55,306 bases of DNA from Patescibacteria group bacterium (GTDB lineage: Bacteria > Patescibacteriota > Minisyncoccia > Phycocordibacterales > UBA9973). Below the pieces are notes generated by a model, which made no database searches, was not told where the DNA came from, and worked only from the letters and a program-made list of their open reading frames with translations. Positions within the stretch are counted from its first letter, which is position 1. Each line of letters opens with the position of its first letter. The stretch spans positions 74,776-130,081 of the forward strand of contig JAZKBO010000001.1 in the NCBI GenBank assembly GCA_040388575.1, in the 5' to 3' direction. Of the stretch, positions 23,962 to 32,977 are shown one piece after another. The position numbers and the translations under genes are program-made.

Positions 23962-24459
23962 GTGAAAAAGATCCAATCTAAATACCAAAGGCCGTCCTGG
24001 GATGAGTACTTTATGGGCATGGCAAACTACGTGGGCACTAGGGCTACTTGTGACCGGGGCAGGAGTGGCTCTGTAATCGTTAAAGATAAAAAGATAATTT
24101 CTACTGGCTACGTTGGGTCACCACCTGGGCTGCCACATTGTGATGAGGTAGGCCACGATATGCAAATGGTGACAAATGAAGACGGCACTACGTCTAATCA
24201 CTGTATTAGAACAATTCATGCGGAGCAGAACGCAATGATTCAAGCAGCTCGTTTTGGGGTGGCGCTAGAAGGGGCTACTATTTATTGCAAAATGGTACTC
24301 TGCCATGTCTGTGCTAAACTAGCAATATCGGCAGGAATTAAAAGAGTTGTGGCCGAAAAGGATTACCACGCGAGCACTCGAAGTAAGGAAATGTTGAAGA
24401 AGGCTGGAGTAAAGTTAGAAATTTTAAATAAAGTAGTAGAAAAATATACAAAACAATAA
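23962..24459 (+). CDS. dCMP deaminase (ComEB-type)
   Basis: GTG start. RPSWDEYFM N-terminus, zinc motifs HAEQNA and a PCxxC-like CHVCAK. Confidence 0.85.
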   Translation: MKKIQSKYQRPSWDEYFMGMANYVGTRATCDRGRSGSVIVKDKKIISTGYVGSPPGLPHCDEVGHDMQMVTNEDGTTSNHCIRTIHAEQNAMIQAARFGVALEGATIYCKMVLCHVCAKLAISAGIKRVVAEKDYHASTRSKEMLKKAGVKLEILNKVVEKYTKQ

Positions 24460-24462
24460 TTT

Positions 24463-24792
24463 ATGGTTGACCTAAAAGCTTTACAAGTAGAAGTAATAAG
24501 AAATAAGAAAGAGAAGGGTTTCAACATGACCGACACAGCTTTAGAATTTTGCCGTGCTCATGAGGAACTCTCAGAAGCATTTTCTAAATTCAATAAAAAT
24601 GAAAAGGGTGTTGCCGAAGAATTTGCAGATGTCCTAATTTTTATCTTAGGAATGTGTGAACAAATGGGTTTTGACCTAGAAAAAGAATTAGTCAGAAAAA
24701 TTGAAATAAACAAAAATAGGAAATATAAAAAAGAAAAATCTCCAGATGGAAAAGATGTCTTTATTCGCGTTCGTACCCCCCTGGACCCTTAA
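24463..24792 (+). CDS. MazG-like nucleoside triphosphate pyrophosphohydrolase
   Basis: 109 aa with EELSEA...EEFADVLIFILGMCEQMGFDLE (EExxE/D pattern). Confidence 0.75.
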   Translation: MVDLKALQVEVIRNKKEKGFNMTDTALEFCRAHEELSEAFSKFNKNEKGVAEEFADVLIFILGMCEQMGFDLEKELVRKIEINKNRKYKKEKSPDGKDVFIRVRTPLDP

Positions 24793-25280
24793 ATTTTCTC
24801 ATAAACTGAAAAGATGTAATCAAAAGGATTCTCGGAATCCTTTGGGTTTTCTTCGTGAGATATTTCTTTCCAGATAGTTGGAAGAATTGCAGGGAAAAAA
24901 GCATCAGCTTCTTTGTCCTCTGCGTTTACATGTGTAATGTCTAGCCTGGTAGCGAACTCCATTGATTGCTTATAAATTTCCGCGCCGCCGATAATATAAA
25001 CTAATTCTTCAGTTTTTACTTTCTCTATTGCATCTTCTAACGAATGCACCACTTCAATTCCATCTCGCACATAACTTACATCACGAGTAATTACTATATT
25101 TCTACGTTTGGGCAGTGGGCCACCAGGCAGGGACTCGAAAGTCTTACGGCCCATTATCACGCTGTGCCCTCGAGTTTTATCCCTAAAATATTTCATGTCT
25201 GCCGGTAGATGGAAGAGCAGAGTATTACCCTTACCAAGTTCATTATTTTTACCAATAGCAGCAATGAGGGATAGAATCAT
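24789..25280 (-). CDS. folA: dihydrofolate reductase
   Basis: ILSLIAAIGKNNELGKGN...MGRKTFESL...IGGAEIY. Immediately downstream of thyA. Confidence 0.9.
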   Translation of the reverse strand: MILSLIAAIGKNNELGKGNTLLFHLPADMKYFRDKTRGHSVIMGRKTFESLPGGPLPKRRNIVITRDVSYVRDGIEVVHSLEDAIEKVKTEELVYIIGGAEIYKQSMEFATRLDITHVNAEDKEADAFFPAILPTIWKEISHEENPKDSENPFDYIFSVYEKI

Positions 25281-25283
25281 AAT

Positions 25284-26237
25284 TTATACAGCGATAGGAG
25301 CTTTAATGGCATCGTGAGGATTATAATCTACTAATTCAAAATCATCTATAGTAAAATCCTCAATTTTCATTTTAGCTGGGTTTATTTTCATCTTTGGCAT
25401 GGGCCTGATATCGGCGCGGCGAGAGAGCTGAAGAGCTACTTGGTCCATATGATTTAAATATAAATGCACATCACCACCTGTCCAAACAAATTCACCAGGC
25501 TTAAGCCCACAGATTTGCGCGATGATCATTGTGAAAATTGCATAGGAAGCAATATTGAAGGGGACACCTAAGAAGGTGTCACAGCTTCGCTGATAGAGCT
25601 GACAGGAAAGTTTGCCGTTAGATACATAAAATTGAAACAGGCAGTGGCAAGGTGGTAGGCCAGCTTTCGCCATCTCATCAATATCTGCCACATTCCACGC
25701 CGAAATTATGAGGCGGCGGGAGTCTGGATTTTTTTTTATTTGCTCTATAACAGAAGAGAGTTGGTCAATATGTGCCCCGTTTGGTGCCGGCCAGCTGCGC
25801 CATTGGTAGCCATAAATTGGACCCAAGTTGCCATATTCCTTAGCAAACATTTCGTCAGTTTTAATTTTTTCTATAAATTCCTTGATCCCCGTATTCCATG
25901 CATCCGATCCAGGAGCGGGAACTTCCATTTTATTTTTAATTAAATATGCCTTATATGGCCATTCATCCCAAATGTGCACACTATTATCCGCGAGATATTT
26001 TAAATTTGTATCGCCCCGCATGAACCACAGGAGCTCATGAATGATGGATTTTATCGGGACCTTCTTAGTTGTTAGGAGAGGGAAGCCGTCTTGCAGATTA
26101 AAGCGCATTTGGTAACCGAGCAGGCTTTTAGTACCAGTACCAGTGCGGTCGCTCTTTTGCACACCATTCTTCACAATGTGCTCAAGGAGGTCTAAATATG
26201 ATTCATCTACATGTTTACCCACAAGTTTACTTTCCAT
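25284..26237 (-). CDS. thyA: thymidylate synthase (ThyA)
   Basis: DRTGTGT, LPPCH..FQFYV and [12 protein letters not shown] motifs. Confidence 0.95.
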   Translation of the reverse strand: MESKLVGKHVDESYLDLLEHIVKNGVQKSDRTGTGTKSLLGYQMRFNLQDGFPLLTTKKVPIKSIIHELLWFMRGDTNLKYLADNSVHIWDEWPYKAYLIKNKMEVPAPGSDAWNTGIKEFIEKIKTDEMFAKEYGNLGPIYGYQWRSWPAPNGAHIDQLSSVIEQIKKNPDSRRLIISAWNVADIDEMAKAGLPPCHCLFQFYVSNGKLSCQLYQRSCDTFLGVPFNIASYAIFTMIIAQICGLKPGEFVWTGGDVHLYLNHMDQVALQLSRRADIRPMPKMKINPAKMKIEDFTIDDFELVDYNPHDAIKAPIAV

Positions 26238-26274
26238 ATTTTTAGTATAACTTTTTCATTTACTCTCCACAAAG

Positions 26275-26303
26275 TTGACAAATTAAGGGGAAAATGCTAC
26301 TCT
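26275..26303 (+). promoter_or_regulatory. promoter of DEAD-box helicase gene
   Basis: TTGACA (26275-26280), 17-nt spacer, TGcTACTCT with the hexamer at 26298-26303. Confidence 0.45.
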
Positions 26304-26346
26304 TCTTATATCATTCTCACTACTTACATTTTGGGGATGACCCATT

Positions 26347-27612
26347 ATGTATAACAGCAACCCGGCTAGACCGAGTAAATTCGGCAGCCACACTTCTTTT
26401 AGGGCGAAACCTCGCTTTGGTGGAGGCAAATTTAATAATTCACGATCTCGCTTTAACGGAGGCAGAAGCGGTGGTAAATCTCGCGGTCAAAGAGGCGAGA
26501 GGATAGACTTTTCACGTTTCATAAAAAAAGCAATCCATGTGGAAGAGAAGCCTTATGTTTCTACCCACACATTTGCCGACTTTCCTTTTAACCCGCAACT
26601 TCATAAAAATATTACCTCCACCGGCTTTATCCATCCCCGCCCTATTCAGGACCAAGCTATACCATCCGTATTAAAAGGCATGGATGTTTTCGGCATGGCT
26701 AATACTGGTACAGGTAAGACCGCAGCCTTCCTCTTACCTTTGATTGAAAAGATTTCAAAAACTAAAGGCTTAAATAAACGCGAAACTGTGCTAATAATGG
26801 CGCCGACTCGTGAGCTCGCACTTCAAATAGAAAGTGATTTCAAAAAGCTCGCCTTCGGCTTCGGGATGTTTTCCGTGGCATGCGTGGGTGGCTTGCCAAT
26901 TAATAAACAAATTCGTGAAATTAAAATGGGAGTTTCTTTTGTAATCGGCACTCCAGGTAGACTCCGCGATCTTATAGACCAGAAAATATTAGACCTTTCT
27001 ACTTGCCACTCTGTGGTGCTAGATGAAGCGGATAGAATGCTGGACATGGGCTTTCGAGATGACATGGTGTATATAATCGGCAGGACAAATAAGGAACGCC
27101 AGACACTATTCTTTTCCGCGACACTTTCACCGGAGATTCGTAAACTTACCGAGCAATACCTCAAAGACCCTATTTTTATTTCCGTAATTTCTGGTGAAAC
27201 TGCTAAGAATATTGATCAGGATGTAGTGCGTTTCAAAACCAAAGAGGAAAAGTTAGAAAAGCTGCATGAAGTTTTAAATAAAGATGGATCCGATAAGGTG
27301 CTGATATTCCGTGAGATGAAGCACAGCGTGGACACTCTAGCTAAAGAGCTTGCCCAGCGTGGATTCAAAGTAGGCGGCATTCATGGTGACAAGCGTAGCC
27401 GCGAGCGTATCCGTATACTCGACTCTTTCAAGCAAGATAAAATAAATATACTTATTGCTACCGATGTGGCCGCGCGCGGGCTCGATATTCCAGACGTAAC
27501 ACATGTCATCAACTACGACGTACCACAAACCTATGATACTTACGTGCACCGCATCGGCCGTACCGGCCGCGCTGGCAAGAAGGGGACAGCCCTGACTTTT
27601 GTACCGGCGTAA
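26347..27612 (+). CDS. DEAD-box ATP-dependent RNA helicase with Arg/Gly-rich N-terminal tail
   Basis: ANTGTGKT, PTRELA, DEAD (VLDEADRMLD), SAT and HRIGRTGRAG motifs. Confidence 0.9.
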   Translation: MYNSNPARPSKFGSHTSFRAKPRFGGGKFNNSRSRFNGGRSGGKSRGQRGERIDFSRFIKKAIHVEEKPYVSTHTFADFPFNPQLHKNITSTGFIHPRPIQDQAIPSVLKGMDVFGMANTGTGKTAAFLLPLIEKISKTKGLNKRETVLIMAPTRELALQIESDFKKLAFGFGMFSVACVGGLPINKQIREIKMGVSFVIGTPGRLRDLIDQKILDLSTCHSVVLDEADRMLDMGFRDDMVYIIGRTNKERQTLFFSATLSPEIRKLTEQYLKDPIFISVISGETAKNIDQDVVRFKTKEEKLEKLHEVLNKDGSDKVLIFREMKHSVDTLAKELAQRGFKVGGIHGDKRSRERIRILDSFKQDKINILIATDVAARGLDIPDVTHVINYDVPQTYDTYVHRIGRTGRAGKKGTALTFVPA

Positions 27613-27626
27613 GATATAATTACGGC

Positions 27627-27860
27627 ATGAGCCCCGAAGACGCACCGAAACCATCTAGAAAAGAATTAGTAATAGATTTCAAAAAGGACAGCTTTATTGT
27701 TATTGGACTAAAGACCGCCATAAATAACGGTATGACTTTAGATGAGGCTGTCGCATCGCATCAAAAAGACATTATGGCTAACTCTCAAGATAATTTTATA
27801 CACTTAGCAGAGTTAGAAAAAGCTATACAGCAAATTAAATCGGAAATAGATAATAAATAA
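27627..27860 (+). CDS. hypothetical 77-aa protein
   Basis: ORF with TATAAT (27615-27620) ending 6 nt before the ATG (leaderless layout). No family recognised. Confidence 0.45.
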   Translation: MSPEDAPKPSRKELVIDFKKDSFIVIGLKTAINNGMTLDEAVASHQKDIMANSQDNFIHLAELEKAIQQIKSEIDNK

Positions 27861-27872
27861 AAAATACTCCAA

Positions 27873-28760
27873 GTGGAAAGTAAACCCAAAAAGATTTTAT
27901 ATATTGGAGGTGGGGTTTTAGCTGGAGTTTTTTCCGCTGGCGTTCTAGCCTCGCTACTTAAAGATGAAAAAATTTATGAAAAATTCGATGCAGTTTTTGC
28001 ATCGTCAGCTGGGGCAGTAGTGGGAGCATACTTTCTAGCCAACCAGCCAGAGGGCGCGACAATTTTTTACGATAGCCTAATTAAAGACTTTATTATGCCC
28101 ATGAATTTCTTTGGTGGTATGCGCGACCGACTCACCAATAGATTTATTCATGAAGTTCCTAGTGAAAATTTCAGAAATGCAGTTGATATTGAAAAGCTTT
28201 TTAAAGTTGTAAAAGAAGAAAATATATTAAATCTTATTGCTGTAAAAGAAAGAAATCTACCTCTATACGTAGATTTCCTAGACGTAAACGATTTTAAAAC
28301 AAAATTTGTCGATATATCCAAAAAGGATGACTTATTATATTGGCTAAGATGTGCGGTGAGTGCTGTGCCATATTATTATCCTGGCAAGACTTTATATATA
28401 GATGGAGGAATGGCAAGTTCATTTCCCTTAGAAGATATTGAAAACGTTTATCCCGATCATGATATTGTGGCCATCTTGAATATTATGCCGCAGAAATTTA
28501 TGCGTAGATTTCTAAAAGGCCTGACCGAAGGAGCAGTAGCATCCATAATGTATGGAGTGCGAATCTGGCCAGTTTTTCTAAAGCGCGACTATTTATTTCT
28601 AAGACAGATGCGCACAATTAAACAACACAAAAATCTAACAATTGTTTCGCCACCCAACTCACTAAATTTATGGCCCAATACTACAAATAGAAAAAAGCTC
28701 TTGCGAGCTTTTGAGGAAGGGAAGGTGGCAGGGGAGAAACTTTTAATTGAGCTTAACTAG
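27873..28760 (+). CDS. patatin-like phospholipase
   Basis: GTG start. Oxyanion GGGVLAG, nucleophile elbow ASSAG (a GxSxG variant), and catalytic Asp in YIDGGMAS. Confidence 0.75.
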   Translation: MESKPKKILYIGGGVLAGVFSAGVLASLLKDEKIYEKFDAVFASSAGAVVGAYFLANQPEGATIFYDSLIKDFIMPMNFFGGMRDRLTNRFIHEVPSENFRNAVDIEKLFKVVKEENILNLIAVKERNLPLYVDFLDVNDFKTKFVDISKKDDLLYWLRCAVSAVPYYYPGKTLYIDGGMASSFPLEDIENVYPDHDIVAILNIMPQKFMRRFLKGLTEGAVASIMYGVRIWPVFLKRDYLFLRQMRTIKQHKNLTIVSPPNSLNLWPNTTNRKKLLRAFEEGKVAGEKLLIELN

Positions 28761-28804
28761 CTTTAATCAGTCCAGCTTTGAGGAGGGTAGCATAGGCGCC
28801 ATTC
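28753..28804 (-). pseudogene. orphan 3'-terminal fragment of an rpmB (L28) gene
   Basis: The minus strand reads NGAYATLLKAGLIKAS*, against KNGAYATLLKAGLIKAQ* at the real rpmB end. 34 nt are identical, then 18 nt carry mostly synonymous differences. An in-frame stop 2 codons upstream shows it is only a fragment. Confidence 0.75.
28771..28804. repeat. 34-bp perfect direct repeat, copy 1 (TCCAGCTTTGAGGAGGGTAGCATAGGCGCCATTC)
   Basis: Identical to 32042-32075. Confidence 0.95.
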
Positions 28805-28860
28805 GGTTATCCCCAGTTTTCATTGTTATGTGGCGCATAGGGTGATAAAATTTAAGTAAT

Positions 28861-30966
28861 ATGAGCTTGAAGAAAATTATTTCTTCGCATCATCTAAAAT
28901 TCTCATTAATAGTTTTTGTTTTCGTAATTGTTTTTTCTTTTTCCAATTCGGTTTTTGCTGATGTTGGACAAGCTGTCTACACTGATTTTGATTCTGGTGG
29001 ACCACAAGCTACATTCGAAGCTTTCCTCGGGACAAATGGATCAGGAACCGCAACCGCTTTTACTTTTTATACTGATAATCCTACGGGGTGGACTACGGGG
29101 TCAGTATACACAGGTGGATTTATTAGTTTAACGGCTTGCGATAATGATGCCACGACAGAGTCATCTGGTGGTGGAACTAATTGCAATAATCGTACACGTC
29201 ATAATGTTAGTTACGGAACTGGAAGTATATCTGCAACCGGTAACTTCGTAACTGTTGATTTTGGAAGTGCGGATGTTACCCTTGATTCAAGTAAATATTA
29301 TATTTTTGTTTATTTTTCTGGCGCAGGCAATCCTTCTGGGAGTGGGTTTGGTGGTAGTTCCCTGGGGTTTACTTCGACAGCCAATTCTCATTGTCGTATT
29401 GCTTGTGTTTCCTTGCAGGATTATTACTGGAATTTAGTCGGTGCTAGTGGTTTGTATTTTCCCAATCATAGTCCGTATAGTGGTACACAGTATTTTGCAA
29501 CTTCCAACGGCACTACTGATATTACACCAGATGCTGGTTTCTACTCTTCATGTAATGGTTTAAATATTAGCATTCGTAATAATCCTCCAGATAGTCTTTG
29601 GGGCAATATTCATACCTTTTCTCCTCAAAACTCAGGCGCGATTACTATTAGTCCCTACAGCCATGCTCATGATCCAGGTGGACTACATCAGTTTATGATG
29701 GCTTGTGATGGTTCGGGCACTTTTCTTGACCCAGAAGCCTATATTCTCTATAACTATTCGAGCGGTGCTATTTCCGGCGTAACTGTTGACGTCTCTAGTG
29801 ATATCACTGATTCTACTACATGGCACAGCAACACTATTTATGTGGTACATGGCGACATTGAAATAACATATGGGGATACTCTAACTATTGAACCAGGCAC
29901 CCTTATTAAGTTTGACGAAGACAGCAGCCTGACAGTAAATGGAGTTCTGGATTCAGAGGGTGAGTTAAATCTAGATGGCTCACCAAAAAATATACTAATG
30001 ACTTCTATTAATGATGATGTTATTAGCGATACAAATAATGATGGTCCCTCAACTGGAAGTCCCGGTGAATGGAAGGGAATTGTAATTGGTTCGGGGGGTA
30101 GTGCTACCTTTGATTACACACGGATTTTTTATGGTGGACAATCTGGTGGCACAGAAGCAGAAATATATAATGATGGGGGAACTCTGTCAATTACTAATTC
30201 TGCAATTTCTTATGGCACAACATACGGAATTTATAACGATTCAGGAACAGCGACAGTCGCCACTACTGACATAAGTTTTCATGATTATGGAGTTTACTTA
30301 AACGGGGGCAGCGCAACCATTTCCAGTGCTAATAAAATTCACCAAAATAATTTATTTGGTATCTTTAACGATACTGTTTCCGAAATTAATGCTGAAAATA
30401 ATTATTGGGGAGACACAAGCGGTCCTTATAACGACCCTGAAAACCTATACGGTCTTGGTAATGCAATTTATGGTGATGTAGATTTTGACCCATGGAACAG
30501 TGATTCTAATTACATAACAAATGAAAGAATTCCTGAAGAATGTGGCGATTATAATGATTGCACTTCCGTGTATGATGATGTGGTTCTTTGGAAAAATTTA
30601 AATGTGGATTTGGAATGTTCCGATGCTCTAGCTGATGCGATAGATACATGGGAAGGAGTGGATAATGTAATAACTTTTACTGAAGAAAATTCTTCACCCA
30701 ATTTAGCTTTTGCAGAGCAGTCCCATGATGATGTTCCCTGGTTGGCGGAGTGGAACCCAGCGACTTCCCCTGATTCTATAATAATCAATGACTATTATGT
30801 TCCTAACGAGACCTGCGATCAAATGCAAAACTCCATTACTCATGAAATCGGACACGCCCTCGGTCTGAGCCATAGTTATACGGGCAATGTTATGTACTAT
30901 GCAGTAATACCACAAACCACCTTAGGACCACAGGATCTTTTAGATTATCATTATTTATGGCATTAA
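28861..30966 (+). CDS. secreted protein with parallel beta-helix repeats and a C-terminal metzincin zinc protease domain
   Basis: 701 aa: N-terminal TM/signal, repeated NxxG..I.N-type beta-helix segments, HEIGHALGLSH (HExxHxxGxxH) and a downstream Met-turn (NVMYY). Confidence 0.75.
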   Translation: MSLKKIISSHHLKFSLIVFVFVIVFSFSNSVFADVGQAVYTDFDSGGPQATFEAFLGTNGSGTATAFTFYTDNPTGWTTGSVYTGGFISLTACDNDATTESSGGGTNCNNRTRHNVSYGTGSISATGNFVTVDFGSADVTLDSSKYYIFVYFSGAGNPSGSGFGGSSLGFTSTANSHCRIACVSLQDYYWNLVGASGLYFPNHSPYSGTQYFATSNGTTDITPDAGFYSSCNGLNISIRNNPPDSLWGNIHTFSPQNSGAITISPYSHAHDPGGLHQFMMACDGSGTFLDPEAYILYNYSSGAISGVTVDVSSDITDSTTWHSNTIYVVHGDIEITYGDTLTIEPGTLIKFDEDSSLTVNGVLDSEGELNLDGSPKNILMTSINDDVISDTNNDGPSTGSPGEWKGIVIGSGGSATFDYTRIFYGGQSGGTEAEIYNDGGTLSITNSAISYGTTYGIYNDSGTATVATTDISFHDYGVYLNGGSATISSANKIHQNNLFGIFNDTVSEINAENNYWGDTSGPYNDPENLYGLGNAIYGDVDFDPWNSDSNYITNERIPEECGDYNDCTSVYDDVVLWKNLNVDLECSDALADAIDTWEGVDNVITFTEENSSPNLAFAEQSHDDVPWLAEWNPATSPDSIIINDYYVPNETCDQMQNSITHEIGHALGLSHSYTGNVMYYAVIPQTTLGPQDLLDYHYLWH

Positions 30967-30976
30967 TATAATATAT

Positions 30977-31111
30977 ATGTTACTAAAAAATAAATTATTT
31001 TTAATAATTCTGGGGATTTCATTGCTTGTTGTTGGAGGGATATATATTTATTACAACAAGTATTATAACGTAAATATTAAATCTCCTATTCCAGTGGAAT
31101 CAATTTACTGA
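30977..31111 (+). CDS. possible 44-aa single-TM peptide
   Basis: MLLKNKLFLIILGISLLVVGGIYIYY... lies between two larger genes and is below the ORF-track cutoff. 3 nt before the next ATG. Confidence 0.3.
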   Translation: MLLKNKLFLIILGISLLVVGGIYIYYNKYYNVNIKSPIPVESIY

Positions 31112-31114
31112 GTT

Positions 31115-31987
31115 ATGATAAAAAAAATAATAAAAAATAATATTTTCCAATCAACATCACTACTTTTTATTAGTGGAATAATATTATTTATTACTCTACA
31201 TAGTTACTTTAATAAAGCCCGGATTTTAGTACGAATCATACACCCTCAGTATGTAGCAGATTTTTCTGATGATCAAGTTTTGATGGGTGCATCACATAAT
31301 GTTTTTATTGGGAAAGTTATAGAGCGAGTCGGTACAAAAGAGAGGGGTATAGGCCCTGAAACCCAATTTAGCGTAGAAGTATTAGAAAACATAAAAGGAG
31401 ATTTAAAAGATACGGTGACAGTTGACCAAGCCGGAGGCTATAAGGATGGTGTGCTGTATGCTGTATCCGAAGAAGGTGGCAGTAACACAAAAACAAATAA
31501 AGAAAGTTTGTACCTATTGCAGCCAGGATCAACGTATCTTTTTGCAACAAGATACAATGAGAAGGAAAATTGGTATACACTCAACTCCTATCCAACTGCA
31601 AGTAAAGTTTTAGATGATGGTAGTATCTCGGACAATGCTCAACTAAAAACAATAGCTGATAATGATTCAAGAGTGCAAGCACTAAAGAATGCTTATTTAA
31701 ATGAGGTTCCATTAGACGCTGATTTAAAGAGTAACAATGCTTTAAATAGTTATGTTTCTGTGCAAGAAAAACTTAAAGGTCAGGAGGAAAGTAATCCAGA
31801 ACCTGACAAGAAGGAGGATACTGTAAGTCCTACTAAAGTAGACGAGACTCCAACTGATATGCCCGATCAAAATACCAATGCGCCTGATTCCGCGATGACA
31901 CCCTCATCTCCGGAAAATGATACTCAAAATCCGCCCGCAGAAGTGTCTAATCCTGACCCTATTGATTCAAATACCGTTTCACAATAG
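31115..31987 (+). CDS. hypothetical membrane-anchored protein with Pro/Asp/Thr-rich disordered tail
   Basis: 290 aa: N-terminal TM, a globular middle, and a low-complexity C-terminus. No family recognised. Confidence 0.6.
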   Translation: MIKKIIKNNIFQSTSLLFISGIILFITLHSYFNKARILVRIIHPQYVADFSDDQVLMGASHNVFIGKVIERVGTKERGIGPETQFSVEVLENIKGDLKDTVTVDQAGGYKDGVLYAVSEEGGSNTKTNKESLYLLQPGSTYLFATRYNEKENWYTLNSYPTASKVLDDGSISDNAQLKTIADNDSRVQALKNAYLNEVPLDADLKSNNALNSYVSVQEKLKGQEESNPEPDKKEDTVSPTKVDETPTDMPDQNTNAPDSAMTPSSPENDTQNPPAEVSNPDPIDSNTVSQ

Positions 31988-31995
31988 TCTTAAAA

Positions 31996-32026
31996 ATAAA
32001 AAACCCTCCGAGTGGAGGATTTTTTA
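31996..32026. terminator. bidirectional terminator between island gene and rpmB
   Basis: A-run, CCTCC-GAGT-GGAGG hairpin (32005-32018), T-run. Overlaps the rpmB stop. Confidence 0.55.
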
Positions 32027-32275
32027 TTGAGCCTTGATTAATCCAGCTTTGAGGAGGGTAGCATAGGCGCCATTCTTTTTCATGGTGCGTAGGCCGCGGG
32101 CGGAAACTTCTATATTTATTGATTTATTTAATTCAGGAATAAAAACCTTCTTCTTTTGAAGATTTGGGTATTTGCGGACCTTGCCGGTAGGGTTGAATTT
32201 AGTAGCACGAGTGCGGTTGGAATATCCGCCCCCGACTATTGAACCCATCTTTGTTATATCGCATATTTTAGCCAT
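32024..32275 (-). CDS. rpmB: 50S ribosomal protein L28
   Basis: MAKICDITKMGSIVGGGYSNRTRATKFNP... 83 aa. Confidence 0.9.
   Translation of the reverse strand: MAKICDITKMGSIVGGGYSNRTRATKFNPTGKVRKYPNLQKKKVFIPELNKSINIEVSARGLRTMKKNGAYATLLKAGLIKAQ
32042..32075. repeat. 34-bp perfect direct repeat, copy 2 (inside rpmB 3' end)
   Basis: Identical to 28771-28804. Confidence 0.95.
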
Positions 32276-32303
32276 TGCTGGATTATGTTATCATAAGAAA
32301 TGT

Positions 32304-32924
32304 ATGAGCGCAACCGATACAATTTTCTACATAATTATACTAATCATGTCCGTAGTGGTGCATGAAGTCTCTCACGGCTTCATGGCCGAGCGCTTTGGCG
32401 ACAAAACTGCCCGTTTTGCAGGAAGGCTCACACTAAATCCGCTCAAACACCTAGATATGTTCGGCTCAATAATTTTACCGGGGCTCCTAATTATTACGCA
32501 CGCACCATTCCTCTTCGGTTGGGCGAAGCCGGTGCCATATAATCCGAACAATTTGACCGATAAACGTTGGGGCGAGTTCTGGGTGGCAGCTGCTGGGATA
32601 CTCGCGAACTTTTTCATCGCAGTAATTTTCGGTTTAATCATACGCTTCAGTGCTAGCTTTGCATTGCCGGACTCATTTTATACGATAACTTCCACCATAG
32701 TCATAACCAACCTAGTTTTGGCATTATTTAACCTGGTGCCAATTCCACCGCTTGATGGCTCTAAAATACTCTTTACTTTTTTACCCAGATCTTTTTACGG
32801 GACAATGGCCGCTCTCGAGAGGTACTCCTTTATCCTGCTTATTCTATTTGTCGTTTATTTTTCGAATATTTTGTTCCCAATAATGGCGTTTCTTTTCCAT
32901 CTGATTGCAGGTATTGCAATTTAG
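32304..32924 (+). CDS. site-2 protease family zinc metalloprotease
   Basis: HEVSHG (HExxH) in TM1 and [12 protein letters not shown]. The ORF-track start 32172 overlaps rpmB, so it is trimmed to ATG 32304. Confidence 0.8.
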   Translation: MSATDTIFYIIILIMSVVVHEVSHGFMAERFGDKTARFAGRLTLNPLKHLDMFGSIILPGLLIITHAPFLFGWAKPVPYNPNNLTDKRWGEFWVAAAGILANFFIAVIFGLIIRFSASFALPDSFYTITSTIVITNLVLALFNLVPIPPLDGSKILFTFLPRSFYGTMAALERYSFILLILFVVYFSNILFPIMAFLFHLIAGIAI

Positions 32925-32942
32925 TTAACGAAATAGTATATT
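32914..32942 (+). promoter_or_regulatory. promoter of rpsL-rpsG
   Basis: TTGCAA (32914-32919), 17-nt spacer, TATATT (32937-32942). Confidence 0.4.
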
Positions 32943-32977
32943 ACAAGCCTAGTCCTTTAGGGGCTATTTTTTTGCAA

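Larger units (their letters stand above)
28805..32041. mobile_element. 3.2 kb cargo island bracketed by rpmB 3'-end repeats (no recombinase gene seen)
   Basis: att-like direct repeats at both ends. Three secreted/membrane ORFs inside. Composition is like the host. Confidence 0.4.

Noticed and set aside
27873-28760. Patatin-like lipase as a CBASS-type defence effector.
   Set aside because: No cyclase, sensor or other defence gene is adjacent. The neighbours are a helicase and a small ORFan.
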